A stretch of DNA of 64,000 nt from Lingula anatina (lineage: Eukaryota; Animalia; Brachiopoda): positions 6,758,001 to 6,822,000 of the forward strand of contig CM120643.1 in the NCBI GenBank assembly GCA_051362555.1. Reading direction: 5' to 3'. Under the pieces are notes generated by a model that was given only the letters and a program-made list of their open reading frames with translations, ran no database searches and was not told where the DNA came from. The position numbers were made by a program, and so were the translations under genes. Below, one piece after another: positions 36,031 to 49,696 of the stretch; the stretch's first letter is position 1; each line of letters begins with the position of its first letter.

Positions 36031-36484
36031 TGTGTCTCTCTTTGCTCGGCAAATGTAAAACAGTGTAGTATGACACAAATGAAAAACACAGTCAAAAAAT
36101 AAGGTATTATACATTGTAAATAATACTTCTTATTGCAGATATATGAACAACTTCATTCTACATTTGTACAGAATGATCTTCTGTTATTTCGGATCGGTAG
36201 ATGGAGGAACTGACGTGCCAAGAGACGTTCATTAAAAACCTTTTAACGATATTCTTTAGTGAGATAAATGGTGATTTTATGGCCTCCTATATGTTCATAT
36301 TTACAGTGGCCAACGGCTTGTCACATCAGGACCATTTCCCCCCGGACAGTTCCCCCCTGGACCCCCCCTCCCCCCCCCCCCCCCCCCAAGAAATATATAT
36401 TTATGTAAAATTATAAAGGAAAGAGTATAAAGTTCATATCTTTTCATTCATTTTATGAATATTTCTTAGTGTGATGATGCAACT

Positions 36485-36650
36485 CAGGCCCGTAGCCAGG
36501 GGGATTCGGGGGGGTTCAAGAGAACCCCCCTTTTTGCTGGAAAAAGGTCCACTCTGGGTAAAATTTGACCTAGGTACATGGGGATTATATGGTAAAAGGT
36601 CCACTTTTTCAAAAAAAGACCCCCCCTTTCAAATTGCTGGCTACGGCCTG
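36485..36650. mobile_element. CAGG...CCTG MITE with 5-bp TSD (family C)
   Basis: TIR caggcccgtagccag / ctggctacggcctg with TSD caact. A degenerate relative lies at ~8416-8578. Confidence 0.8.
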
Positions 36651-36924
36651 CAACTCAAGGATAGAGAATGCTAATTTCATTAAACAAATCATTTTCATGG
36701 AGTACAAGTACAGAAAATTTCTGATCAAAGTATATTTCCAGGTAAAAATTGGGGTAAACAGATGATCTCACTCATCCAGGTAACCCTTTGATGAATTCAC
36801 TGTTACTTTTAATTGCTCCCTCTTACTCCCCCTTTGATTAAGTAAGCCTTGAATCTCTAGGGAGAGAAGGGGATTCTCGCTTATCTAGGTATCCCTTTGG
36901 TTATCTGTCACTTTTAATTGCTTG

Positions 36925-37148
36925 ACTACTACCCACCTACCCACTACCCACCTACCTGCTACCCACCTACCCACTACCTACTACCCACCTACCCACTACC
37001 TACCTACCCACTACCTACTACCCACCTACCTACTACCCACCTACCCACTACCTACTACCCACCTACCTACTACCCACTACCTACCTACCCACTACCCACT
37101 ACCTACTACCCACCTACCCACTACCTACTACCCACCTACCCACTACCT
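36925..37148. repeat. low-complexity (CTAC/CCAC)n repeat
   Basis: Mixed ctacccac/ctac units; this produces the spurious ORFs at 36918 and 36922. Confidence 0.9.
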
Positions 37149-38498
37149 GTCACACTGAAAATATTCATAAAATATCTGTTTACCTGTTCACCTGCTTTCC
37201 CCATCTTTACCTGGAGGATAGGTGGTTATACTTTGATTAGATTTTTGATAATACTTTCTGTACTTGTACTCAACAAAAAAGGAATTTGTTATGAAGTAAT
37301 TTGTTTAATGATGAAGTTTTATTATCATGCTAAAATATTAATAAATTGGATGAAATGTTTTGAACTTAACACTAATTTACTTTATATTTGTATATAAATA
37401 TATATATATATTTCTTGGGGGAACAAATCGTCCAGGGGAGAATTGTCCTGGGGGGAAATTGTCCTGGGGGGGGGGGGGATTGTCTTGGGGGAGGGGGAGG
37501 AATGTCCTGGGGGGTATTTTCTGGGGGGGGGGATTTGTCCAAGAATCTACTAAAGCTCAGGGTATATCTACCGCTATCGATTTAATAAATATCTCATGAA
37601 TAAAGGCTAATTATCAAAACCAAGCCAATTGTCTGTTTGATGAGAACAATATGACAACAACATGGCATATTTAAAGACATAAGGGGTGAACTGTTGATGC
37701 AAAAAATCAATGCAACTCAATCAATGGAACTTGAGTGAGTTTTGACTCTTTCTTTTCATGTGCAACTAAATAAATTGATAATAATAATTTAAATTATTAT
37801 TATTTAGAGTCTAAAATCCCAATCTGTTCAGTACACCTTATAATGCAACTTGGATGAATAATAAAAAAGGCCAATAATGTAAAGAAAAATATTAATTAAA
37901 ACACAATTGTACACAGTGGCAGATTGGTCAGGAGGATCCTTGAAAAAGTCAACACGTGAAAAATGAAAATTTCACAAAAATCTGCATTTTTTCAATAAAA
38001 GAATTCTATTACTGATAGGCTGTTTTTTTTAAATCAAGCTGTATATCAGCCCTATTAATCTTTTCTTTGAGTATGAGAATAATTAGTAAGAAGGTTTTCC
38101 TTAATATAAATGGTCTTCATTACCCTCTACCAGGGTGGCAGATATTATAGGGACATTTTCACATTTCCAGAGAATCAAATGACCATCTAATTATCTAAAG
38201 ACATATCTGTGAATATCTTGTGAAAAAGCAACCTGTGGCCCTGGTAGAGGGTAGGTTTTTATAGTGTCAGTGACCAAAATAGGGGTTTTGTCAATTTTAA
38301 TGTAATATTACAAAATGCTTAACAGCATAATCACCACCAGTTTTAATTATGCACAGCAGGTAACCTAGATATTCAGGAATTGTGACAAGCAAAAGGTCTT
38401 CAGGAACACGGAATTTCCAGGTCAAACCTAAATTAGTAAAAAAAATAGGCCAAATAGTTTTTCCTCAAAATGTGTTATCTGTATTCCATTCATGTTGA

Positions 38499-40961
38499 AA
38501 CTAGAGGATCAGAGAGGCGATACCGCCTCCGAATATTGTACCACCAGCTGGAGCAAGCGCATTCGTATAGACCCCCACATACACAAAATAAGGGACACAG
38601 CCACCAGTTTTGTGCTTGACAAGCTGTAAAAATTCAATCAACAAGAATTTTTAAACTATTGCAAAAAATATATATGGTACAATCAAATTTAAGTTCTTTG
38701 TAAGATAGGTCAAGGGTCAATTTCAAGGTCACAGTAAATTGCCAGTATATGACTTCCTATTCAAGTTCAAGAGTAACTATGGACCTATCTCTGTCAAGTT
38801 TGAAGTTAAAAGAGAAACAAATTAGCAGAGTTCACTTCATGATAAAAAGTAGGTCAAAGGTCAATTTCAAGGTCACACTTAGATTGCCAGTATAGGACTT
38901 CCTATTCAAGTTCAATAGTAACTATGGACCTATCTCTGCCAGTTTTGGAGATAAAAGGGAAGTAAATTTGCAAAATTCAGTTCATGGTGAAAAGTAGGTC
39001 AAAGGTCAATTTCAAGGTCACATTTAGATTGCCAGTATATGACTTTCTTATCAAGTTCAATAGTAACTATGGAACTATCTCTGCCAGTTTTGGAGATAAA
39101 AGGAAAGCAAAATTTGCAAAGTTCATTTCATGGTAAAAAGTAGGTCAAAAGTCAATTTTAAGGTCACATTTTGATTGCCAGTATATGACTTCTTATTCAA
39201 GTTCAATAGTTACTATGGACCTATCTCTGCCAGTTTTGGAGATAAAAGGGAAGCAAAATTTGCAAAGTTCAGTTCATGGTGAAAAGTAGGTCAAAGGTCA
39301 ATTTTAAGGTCACATTTAGATTGCCAGTATATAACTTCCTATTCAAGTTCAATAGTAACTATGGACCTATCTCTGCCAGTTTTGGAGATAAAAGGGAAGC
39401 AAAATTTGCAAAGTTCAGTTTATGATTAAAAGTAGGTCAAAGGTCAATTTTAAGGTCACATTTAGATTGCCAGTATATGACTTCCTATTCAAGTTCAATA
39501 GTAACTACGGACCTATATCTGCCAGTTTTGGAGATAAAAGGAAAGCAAAATTTGCAAAGTTCAGTTCATGGTGAAAAGTAGGTGAAAGGTCAATTTTAAG
39601 GTCACATTTAGATTGCCAGTATATGACTTCCTATTCAAGTTCAATAGTAACTATGGACCTATCTCTGCCAGTTTTGGAAATAAAAGGGAAGCAAAATTTG
39701 CAAAGTTCAGTTTATGGTGAAAAGTAGGTCAAAGGTCAATTTTAATGTCACATTTATATTGCCAGTATATGACTTCCTATTCAAGTTCAATAGTAACTAT
39801 GGACCTATCTCTGCCAGTTTGGAGATAAAAGGAAAGCAAAATTTGCAAAGTTCAGTTCATGGTGAAAAGTAGGTCAAAGGTCAATTTTAAGGTCACATTT
39901 AGATTGCCAGTATATGACTTCCTATTCAACTTCAATAGTAACTATGGACCTATCTCTGCCAGTTTTGGAGATATAAGGGACTAAATGTTATAATATTGGA
40001 GTTACCATAATGTGCCTTAAATTTCGTACAGAAAAAATTAATTAAAATAAAGAAAATGTCATTTTGGTCAAAATTCTTGAAATAGGAGGTGCTCTGAAGT
40101 TTCAGAAGTTTAAATTTGATGAAATAATGTTATTTTTGAACACAAGTTGTCTGCTTTGCCAAGCCTTGTTTTATTTTTCCAGAGTTCAAAATTTATTATC
40201 CATTACCATACTGCACATTTTGCTTTTACCACCAATATGTACTTTTTGATACAGCGTAACTCGAAAACCGTATGGAATACAAAAAAACCGAGACCACTTC
40301 CAGTGTTGGGCTTTACATGCTCTACAAAATGCAAAAAAGAATGGGTCTCTAGCATTAACGGTTCCTGAATTAGAGACAGTTTTCAGTTTCGGTATCTTAT
40401 GGCCGCTACTCCCGTGAAAATGCACCGATTGACCCCAAATTCATGGAGATGAAAGATGACCTGAAGGGTAACACTTTCCAATAATATTATTGGTTAAGTC
40501 TGTGTAGTGTCTGAATAACAGGGCAAAAAAATTTTTTTTCGTAAAAAATTTCATTTTTTTGAAAATTTTGACCCATTTGACCTTGAAGTAAAGGTCAAAG
40601 GTCAAATCTAAGGGTATATTTGAAATCTACACATATGACTTTTGGAAAGCCGTCTATAGAAATTTTTCCCATAACTCCTTCCGTAGGGTAGATAATTAGC
40701 ATTTAATTTTGCCATTTTTAGACAAGGGTGCATTGTAATGAATGCCACACCCAGACCCCAATACCGACAAAGCCCAAATTTTACGTGGAACGAGTTGACA
40801 TTATAGGTGACCTAAATCCATGAGATGGGTACGGGGGCCCTTACCGTCTAGGAGGAGAAGCCGTAACGGTAGTCGTCCGGCGGAGCCGGCAGAGCCAGCG
40901 GAACGATCCGGACGGGACCGAAACCATGTGTACCGCCAGCACTAATGCTGGTGGTACAATA
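38499..40961. mobile_element. Helentron-like element carrying a 146-bp internal satellite
   Basis: ACTAG end, hairpin gaggcg...cgcctc and subTIR ttgtaccaccagc at one end; hairpin tgtaccgccagca-ctaa-tgctggtggtaca at the other; no TSD. Confidence 0.75.
38690..39985. repeat. 146-bp tandem array, 9 units
   Basis: The aggtc anchor falls at 38707, 38851, 38996, 39142, 39288, 39434, 39580, 39726 and 39871. Confidence 0.95.
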
Positions 40962-41465
40962 AAAACAGAAACCAGCATGATTTTTGAAAAAAATGTAAAA
41001 TCAAGTGGATTTTCTAACTAGATTTCTCAGTTCCTAAGTTTGAAGACATGAGTTCAAACAGTTTTCTAATAATAATATTTCAGTTAAACCATTACTTGAA
41101 ATGCACTGCCACTTTTTGTTCAAGATCTTACATTTCCTCTGTAGCTGCTGCTTTAACTGCAACACCTCATGTGAGATGGCTTCAGAATAGATGGTTATTT
41201 ACTGTGTAAGAAATCAAGAAAGTCTTCTATGTATTTTGTTTCATTTAGTTTTTATGGACATTTTTAAATATGATTTTTTAAAATTATCCTAGTATTAGAA
41301 GTAAACAAGGCAGCAAAGCTGTCAAATGTACAGACAAAAAACAGAAAATAAAGATGCAAAAAAGGTCATTTTGTCAATTTTCATGCAATAATAAATAATG
41401 CTTATAATAGCACTGTCAGTCAACACTGAATTTTAATCTTGCACAACAGGTAACATGGTCAATAA

Positions 41466-41609
41466 CAGGAGCAGACCCAGAGATATTTTCTGACAGTATT
41501 ACAAAGTATCTATGTCTTCCAACAGAAAAAAATAGATACCAGTCAATATAAACTTAATAACCTGACTGTCTTCCGGAAGACCCAGAAGATGGTCTCAATC
41601 CACCCCTTC
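41466..41609 (-). mobile_element. CAG-ended MITE with 5-bp TSD (family B, inverted copy)
   Basis: TSD aataa on both sides; empty paralogous site ggtcaataagattacag at ~48813-48830. Confidence 0.75.
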
Positions 41610-41839
41610 AATAAGATTACAGTTTCAGGACCATGAGAGTTCAAATTCACATTATGAAAGTCTCAATATTTGCAAAATGATGACAGTGCATAAAATAATA
41701 TTACATAATGTTTAAAGACATAAAAAACAATACAACTGCTTATGTAGAAATACAGAAAATGTGCAGAGCCCCAGGCAGAAGAGAGTTAAAAGTCACAAAT
41801 GCAAGTGTTTGAGAAAAAATTATAAAGGAAAACAACAAA

Positions 41840-42073
41840 ACTAGAAAAGCACTTTGAGAGTGCAGACCTCTGCCAAGGCAGCAATTGTTGATTATTATTG
41901 ATAATTGATTGATTATTGATCCGGACCACCACCAAAAATTAATCATTGTCCTCTTTGGCCCACTTCCGACAGTTCCTGAAAATTTCTGCAAAATCGGTCC
42001 ATAACTTTTTGTGTTATGTGGATGACAAACAAACAGGGGTGAAAATATAACCCCCTTGGCAGAGCTTGAGGTA
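41840..42073. mobile_element. Helentron-associated short element, family A copy 2
   Basis: Same structure as 14647-14917; empty paralogous site at ~49090-49100. Confidence 0.7.
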
Positions 42074-42120
42074 AATATAATTCCAATGAAGATGCTATTC
42101 AAACTTTTAATCTCTCAGTT

Positions 42121-42123
<3 letters not shown>

Positions 42124-42177
<54 letters not shown>
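42124..42177. repeat. (TA)n microsatellite
   Basis: Read directly from the sequence. Confidence 0.95.
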
Positions 42178-42181
<4 letters not shown>

Positions 42182-43959
42182 TTATTTGCAATATTAAACA
42201 AAATTTACCTGCATAATTATCACTGCTTCCTTATTATTAATCTAGCAGAGAGCTTTACCTTTGGGAGTTTACAGGGAAATATCAACAAGTGTGCTTTACG
42301 TAATCTCATTTAATGGCCTATTAAAGCAAATGACTTTATAACTCTGAAATTAATCTACTGATACCCAAGGGTAATTTACAGACTGACCCACTCAAAGGTC
42401 TTCAGGCCCATAAGTCACACCTTAAGAAAAGCACAAAACCATAATGCCCAAAATAGGAGACTACCAATCCTGATGCAATAATACATTATGTTTAACTGCA
42501 CAGTCAACATCAACTTATGCACAACAGGTAAAACAGACGAAAGTAAAAGCATAAGGCTCCAGGCCCATCAGAGTTCAAGTTTATACTTAGAAAGTGCCAG
42601 AATGAGAAAAATGAAAATTTCACAAAAAATGCATAAATACAATAAACATGATAATCCAATAGAGCTGGTTTTCTCATAAGCTGAAGGCCAATCCTAAAAA
42701 TCGTACTTGTAAGTTTAAAATTATAATAAGTAGCACAGTTTTCTTTTCATAATGTTTGCAGTAGCAGTGCAAAAAGATTGTTGTCAATTTTGATGTAACA
42801 TTACATAATAAATTAGAGAATAATTATCACCAATTTTTGTTTATTGACTATAAATAGGATGGACATGTAGAAAATATGATTACCATTTGGCTTCATGTCC
42901 ATGGGAGCTCCGAGTCCCACAATGAATATGCCAAAAAGATAATGAATATTACACTAAAATGTATAACTTCCAGAAAAAGAAGCCAATTAGACTGCTTTTC
43001 TAACTCAGGCTACATTTTAGTCCTGTGTTTCTTTTTTGAAAGTTTGACAGTCATAAGTAACACGGTTTTCCCATAATGGTCATCAAGGCAGCAGCACCAA
43101 AAATTGTGTTTTCTTCTATTTTGATGCAACATTACATAATGCTTAAAAGCATACTGACCATCGATTTTTAAAAATAAAATATAAGTGTCATGGATTTTCA
43201 GAAAATGTGACTAGCATGGGTCTTCAAGCCTGTGGAGGTTCTAAGTCACACCTTGGAAATGCCAATATGTGAAAAATTAAATTTTCACAAAAAACTGTTT
43301 AATTGCCAGAAAAATTTACCAAACAGACTGCATTGCCTACTGAAGCTGTATTTTAGTCCCATGTTTCTTTCCTGTAAGTTTGAGAACAGTAAGTGACATG
43401 ATTTTCCTTAAATGGTCATCATGAGAGCAGTGCCCAAAATAGGGGTTTCTTCAAATTTTGATGTAATATTACATAATGTTTAATCATAAAATATTAGTAT
43501 CATGGATATTCAGAAAATGTGATTAGCAAAGGTCTGCAGGCTCATGAAACTTCAAAGTCAATGAAAGTTCAAAATGTAAACAAGACAGCACTGTTCTGAA
43601 ATGGGTTTACTTCCATTTTTAACATTTTTTTAACATAAAACAAAATAAACAGTTTGTTGCCATTTTTATATGACCAACTAAGAAAATTGATGAGATGGGA
43701 AAAATATCAATAGAACAGTGTTTAATGTCCAATTTCCTCCATTCTGAGTTTCTGAACATAGTGGATGAATGCATCTGACAAACTGCAATGATATGAGTTT
43801 ATTTCCATTTTTGACACTTTATTACACAATACATGATAACAAGTTTACCATCATTTTTACAAAATCAACTAACAATGTTGTAAAGATGCAGGAAATGTCA
43901 AACAAACACTTTTACGTATCTTATTAGTTCAATAATGAGACTGTTAACATGCCTAAGAA

Positions 43960-44478
43960 TTGAATGTGAGGAAATGTGAAAAAACAGCATAACTTCTAAA
44001 ATAATGGACTGATTATGCTGATTTTCAAACTCAACCTGCGTTTTAGTAAGATTGGCCCCTCCTGTGAGTATAATGACAATTGGCCAATCTGTTTTTCTTA
44101 TATTGTGTTATCAGTGTTGCATATATACTGAAAACTTGACCTGCGTATTAAGAATTTTCATCAGTTCTGTAAGTTTCAAGCCAAAAGGTAAAATGGTTTT
44201 CCACTTATTGTGTTATCGGTGCTGCATATATACTGAAAAAAGTGAAAAAACAGCATAAATTCCCTATAAGTGACCCGATCGTGCTGATTTTCGAACTTGG
44301 CCTGCGTATTATGAATATTCATCAGTTCTGTAAGTTTCAAATCAAAAGGCAAAATGGTTTTCCACTTATCGTGTTATCGGTAAAAGTGCACGGCGACGAC
44401 GGCGACGACAGCGACGACAGCAATGACAGACGCAGATGATGGCTATATGTACAGACACATCTGTGTCTGTACATAAAA
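43960..44478. mobile_element. Helentron-associated element family E with (GAC)n microsatellite and terminal hairpin
   Basis: Perfect hairpin tatgtacagacaca-tc-tgtgtctgtacata (44446-44475). Further copies at ~47290-47842, 48475-48757 and 50620-50920, and an inverted diverged copy at ~57030-57400. Confidence 0.7.
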
Positions 44479-44670
44479 ATTTAGCTTATAAAATCTTCAA
44501 AGCTTAGACAATAACCCATTTCACACTATTCAATTTGGATCATTTCATTTTGTTAGTACATCTTTAGGTTTACTATTTGGAAAATGATTTCCCTATCATA
44601 TTTGATCTGATGTTTCTGATGTTTCTTGAGTGTACTGTGGGTAAAAGAGACAAAATGTCACAACTACTTA

Positions 44671-44885
44671 GACCCCATTCCCAGAGATAAGATCGATCTG
44701 CATTAGATCGACCCAACTCCCTGGGGGTTCATGCTAAATAGCTGTCAGCGGAGCGGGCACGAAAGTTAATTACCCCCTTACAGCTTGTAGTAGGCGGGAC
44801 GGACATTTAAGCCGGATTATCTGACAGTAATCTAGTGAGACTCCTCGCGGGGATAGATCGATCTAAAAGCTCTGGGAATACACCC
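44671..44885. mobile_element. PIF/Harbinger-type MITE
   Basis: Imperfect TIR (attcccagag...agatcgatct / agatcgatct...ctctgggaat) with TSD TTA. Confidence 0.6.
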
Positions 44886-45589
44886 TTAGTTTACCTTTTC
44901 AATATAGTTTTAGGTTGAAAATGGCTTTTTCACTGTCGTTTTACTAAATTTGAGCAATTTTATATAATTCTGATGAATATGCATTAAAGAACAGTCATCA
45001 CCTACAGTGATTAAATGAAATATTTCTAATAAAATATTTTTAACATATTTTATTTCCAGACAACATAAAAAGGTGTACAATGCTTTACACCTCTAATAAT
45101 TCAATTAGTGAGATAACAAATCTAACATCAGAACATTCAACATAATTCACCATAAACATTTTCCCTTCTGCAAGCATTTGCCTCATTTTCAATTTCCATA
45201 TTACTGTGATTACAGGACCAACCTGGAAGGGGGTGATTAAGACACCCCTGCACACCCCTTAAACAATCAGAGTGTGCCCCAATAGCTTTAACACTGTCTT
45301 CACACCAAATGCCAGTCACTATGTCAGTGCTCAAAGACAATATAAGAAAACAGAATTCATTACTTTTTAAAGTCACATGTGCATATTCTCAACCATGAAT
45401 ATGCACTATTATGATATGGCCTTGTTTATATTACTAGCAAGACCAAGAATAAAAAGGCCTAGTTTACAGCTAGTGAACTTGGTTTCAGATTATTGTTCAA
45501 CATTCATTGGCTCACTCCATTCTTTTTTTATGTCAGTGGAGAGTTATCAAATCCTCTTCAATGCTGTCAGGAAGCACTCCAAAGGTCTC

Positions 45590-45605
45590 CTAATTATTGG
45601 GTAAC
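45590..45605 (-). CDS. FASTKD5-like probable terminal coding exon (RLPNN*), followed by 3' UTR to ~45030
   Basis: Strong acceptor (T-rich tract ending ttacag|). Phase 2 fits the exon-2 donor and gives R-L-P-N-N-TAG. Minus-strand AATAAA near 45049-45054. This is a non-repetitive island within a repeat field. Confidence 0.5.
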
Positions 45606-48600
45606 CTGTAAAAAAGCAAATGAAAAACTTCAATATTTCAAGATGAAACACTAGAGCCATGCAGTATTCTACAGCAAAAACCTTATAATCTTATTTAAAA
45701 AAATATCTAAGTCCACATAGAGCTGAAAAATGTTAATTTTGAAAATATTGTACCTAAAACCCTTTAAACTGGACAGTGTCCTTTCTGCTTCCTTTGCGCA
45801 ACCATGAAACTGGCAATATTGCTGTGGTCATAGAAAGGAGGCACAAGCATCACTTTGATTGCAAAATGAATGCTCAATGATCAGCCAGTTGTCAGAACGT
45901 AAGTTATTTAAATTTTAAACACGGCCGTACTACAGAACACAGAAAGGACTCCACCCAATGTAAAGGGGGCTTAAGAAAAAAGACAGAAAAACTGGCAAAT
46001 GTACAGGCACCAGTCTTAGTAAAAATAGCCACACAGCAAATATGAAGTAAAAGCAAGGCAGCAAAGCTGTCAAATGTAGAGACACAATAATAAACAAGGC
46101 AGCAAAGCTGTCAAATGTACAGACAAAAAGCAGGAAATAACAAAATAGGCTACTGTCAATTCTGATGCAAAAGTACATTATGTTAAACTGCAAATTCAAC
46201 ATCAAATTCTAATTATGCTCAACAGGTAATACCAATGTAAGTAAAATGTGTAACAAACATAAGGCTTCAGGCCCATGGGAGTTCAAGTTCACCCTTTGAA
46301 AATGTAAAACTTCCAGAAAAAGATGTCAATTAGACTGCTTTTCCAACTCAGGCTGCATTTTAGTCCTGTATTTCTTTTTTGAAAGTTTGGCAATCATAAG
46401 TAACATGGTTTTCCCATAATGGTCATCATGGCAGCAGCACCCAAGATTGTGTTTTCTTCTATTCTGATGTAATATTACATAATGGTTACCAGCATAATGA
46501 CAATCAATTTTTAATAATAAAATATACGTATCATGGATTTTCAAAAATTGTGACAAGCATGGGTCTTCAAGCCTGTGGAGCTTCAAAGTCACACCTTGAA
46601 TATGCCAATATGTGAAAAATTAAAATTTCACAAAAAAAATGTTTAACTGGCAGATTGCATTGCCTACTGAAGCTATATTTTAGTCCCATGTTTCTTTCCT
46701 GTAAGTTTGAGAACAGTAAGTGACATGGTTTTTCTTAAATGGTCATCATGGGAGCAGTGCCCAAAATAGGTTTTTTTCAAATTTTGATGCAATATTACAT
46801 AATGTTTAACAGCATAATGACCATCAATTTTTGATAATAAAATGTGACTAGCAAAGGTCTTCAGGCCCATGGAACTTCAAAGTCACAACTTGAAAATGCC
46901 AAAATGTAAACAAGACAGCACTGTTCTGAAATGGTTTTTTTTTCTCCATTTTTAACAATTTTTAACATAAAACAAAATTAACAGTTTACTGCCATTTTTA
47001 TATGATCAACTAAAAAAATTGATGAGATGGGAAAAATATCAATAGAACAGTGTTAAATGTCCAATTTCCTCCATTCTGAGATTCTGAACATAGTGAATGA
47101 TTGAATCTGACAAACTGCAATGATATGAGTTTATTTCCATTTTTGAAACTTTATTACACAATACACGATATCAAATTAACCATCATTTTTACAAAATCAA
47201 CTAACAATGTTGTAAAGATGCAGGAAATGTCAAACAAACACTTTTAATATCTTATTAATTAAATAATGAAACTGTTAACATGCCTAAGAATTGAACTTGA
47301 GAAAATGTGAATAAACAACATAACTTCTAAAATAATGGCCCGATTATGCTGATCTTTTAACTCAACCTGCGTTTTAGAAGGATTGACCACTCCTGTGAGT
47401 TTAATGACAATTGGCCTATCTGTTTTTCTTATATTGTGTTAACAGTGTTGCATATATGCTGAAAAGTGAAAAAAAAAAGCATAACTACTAAAATAGTGGC
47501 CTGATCATGCCGATTTTCTAACTTGACCTGCGTTGTAGTAAGATAGATTACTCCTGTGAGTTTCATGACAACAGGCCAATCGGTTTTCCTTGGAATGTGT
47601 TAACAGTGTTGCATATATGCTGAAAAGTGAAAAATTAAGCATAACTTCTACAATAATGACCCGATCATGCTGATTTTCGAACTTGACCTGCATTTTATGA
47701 ATATTCATCAGCTCTGTAAATATAAAGCCAAAAAGTAAAGCTGCCTTCCACTTATCGTGTTTACAATGAAAGTGCAAGGCGCCGGCGACGGCGATGACGG
47801 GGACGACAGACGCAGGTGATGGCAATATGTACAGACACATCTATATATATTTACTGTACTGTTTGAGAACAGTAAGTGACATGGTTTTTCTTAAATGGTC
47901 ATCATGGGAGCAGTGCCCAAAATAGGTTTTTTTCAAATTTTGATGCAATATTACATAATGTTTAACAGCATAATGACCATCAATTTTTAATAATAAAATA
48001 TTAGTATCATGGATATTCAGAAAATGTGACTAGCAAAGGTCTTCAGGCCCATGGAACTTCAAAGTCACAACTTGAAAATGCCAAAATGTAAACAAGACAG
48101 CACTGTTCTGAAATGTTTTTTTTTTTCCATTTTTAACAATTTTTAACATAAAACAAAATTAACAGTTTACTGCCATTTTTATATGATCAACTAAGAAAAT
48201 TGATGAGATGGGAAAAATATCAATAGAGCAGTGTTAAATGTCCAATTTCTTCCATTCTGAGATTCTGAACATAGTGAATGATTGAATCTGACAAACTGCA
48301 ATGATATGAGTTTATTTCCATTTTTGAAACTTTATTACACAATACACGATAACAAGTTTACCATCATTTTTACAAAATCAACTAACAATGTTGTAAAGAT
48401 GCAGGAAATGTCAAACAAAAACTTTTACGTATCTTATTAGTTTAATAATGAGACTGTTAACATGCCTAAGAATTGAATCTGAGGAAATGTGAAAAATATG
48501 CTGAAAAGTGAAAAAACAGCATAACTTCTACAATAATGGCCCGATCATGCTGATTTTCGAACTTGACCTGCGTTTTATGAATATTCATCAGCTCTGTAAA

Positions 48601-49477
48601 TATGAAGCCAAAAAGTAAAACTGCCATCCACTTATCGTGTTTACAAGGAAAGTGCACGGCGCCGGCATCGGCATCGGCATCGGCATCGCCATCGCCATCG
48701 GCGACGACAGACGCAGGTGATGGCAATATGTACAGACACATCTGTGTCTGTACATAATAATGTTTATAACAGCACAGTCAATCAACACTAAAATTTAAAC
48801 AATAGGTAACGTGGTCAATAAGATTACAGTTTCAGGATCATCAGAGTTCAAACATTTACCTTTAAACATTATACAAAATCAATTTATGCAATATCACCAT
48901 TTTTCACATATTGTGAAAAATGAGAAAAATGACAGTGCATAAAATATTTTTGTATAATGTTTAAAGGTATTAACACCAATATTATAGCTTATGTGGAAAT
49001 ACAGAAAATGTACAAAGCTTTGGGTCGGAGGGAGTTAAAAGTCACATCTTTAAGATGCCAGTGTTTGAAAAAAAATTAAAATAAAAAATAACAAAAAATA
49101 TTCCAATAAAGCTGCTATTCAAACTTTTAATCTAGTTATATTAACACGATATGAATAACCCCAGTGAGTATGAGGATAATAAGGCACTGTTATTCATCTA
49201 TAGCATTTATGTTCGCATTACACAAAATATTTTTTTTTTTTTGTAAAATTATTTGCAATATTAAGCAACATTTACCAGCATAATTATCACTGATTCCTAA
49301 TTATGTGACACTGTTAATTTTAGACTTTTACAAACTATATCTGGCAGAGAACTAAACATGTTTACAGGGAAATCTCAACATATGTGTAATGTATGTTTAC
49401 TAATGTAATCTCATTCAATGGCCAGAAAAATCAACCAATCAGACTTGTTTTCCAGCTGAAGCTGTATTTAAGACCTG

Positions 49478-49696
49478 GGCTCCGTATCTCGAAAGGTTCG
49501 CTATGTTGCGCACGCGTGTTAGTGTCTTGATTCCATAACCGATTCTATTTCGAGATACGGGCCATGAAATCGAGACAATTGTGTACGTGCAAGTGAGTCT
49601 CAATTTCATGGCCCCGTATCTCGAAATAGAATCGGTTATGGAATCGAGACACTAACACGCGTGCGCAACATAGCGAACCTTTCGAGATACGGAGCC
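49478..49696. mobile_element. palindromic PIF/Harbinger-type MITE
   Basis: ~100-bp near-perfect arms starting ggctccgtatctcgaaagg, with TSD CTG. Empty paralogous site at ~43342-43375. Confidence 0.88.

Larger units (their letters stand above)
42960..48757. repeat. local segmental duplications
   Basis: 42960-44475 matches 46305-47840 and, in part, 47860-48757. In addition, 41405-42330 matches 48765-49420. Confidence 0.8.

Noticed and set aside
36918-37397. Pro/Thr/Tyr-rich 159-aa ORF resembling an adhesive or extensin-like protein
   Set aside because: A by-product of a stop-free low-complexity repeat, open in several frames, with no ATG, signal peptide or splice context.
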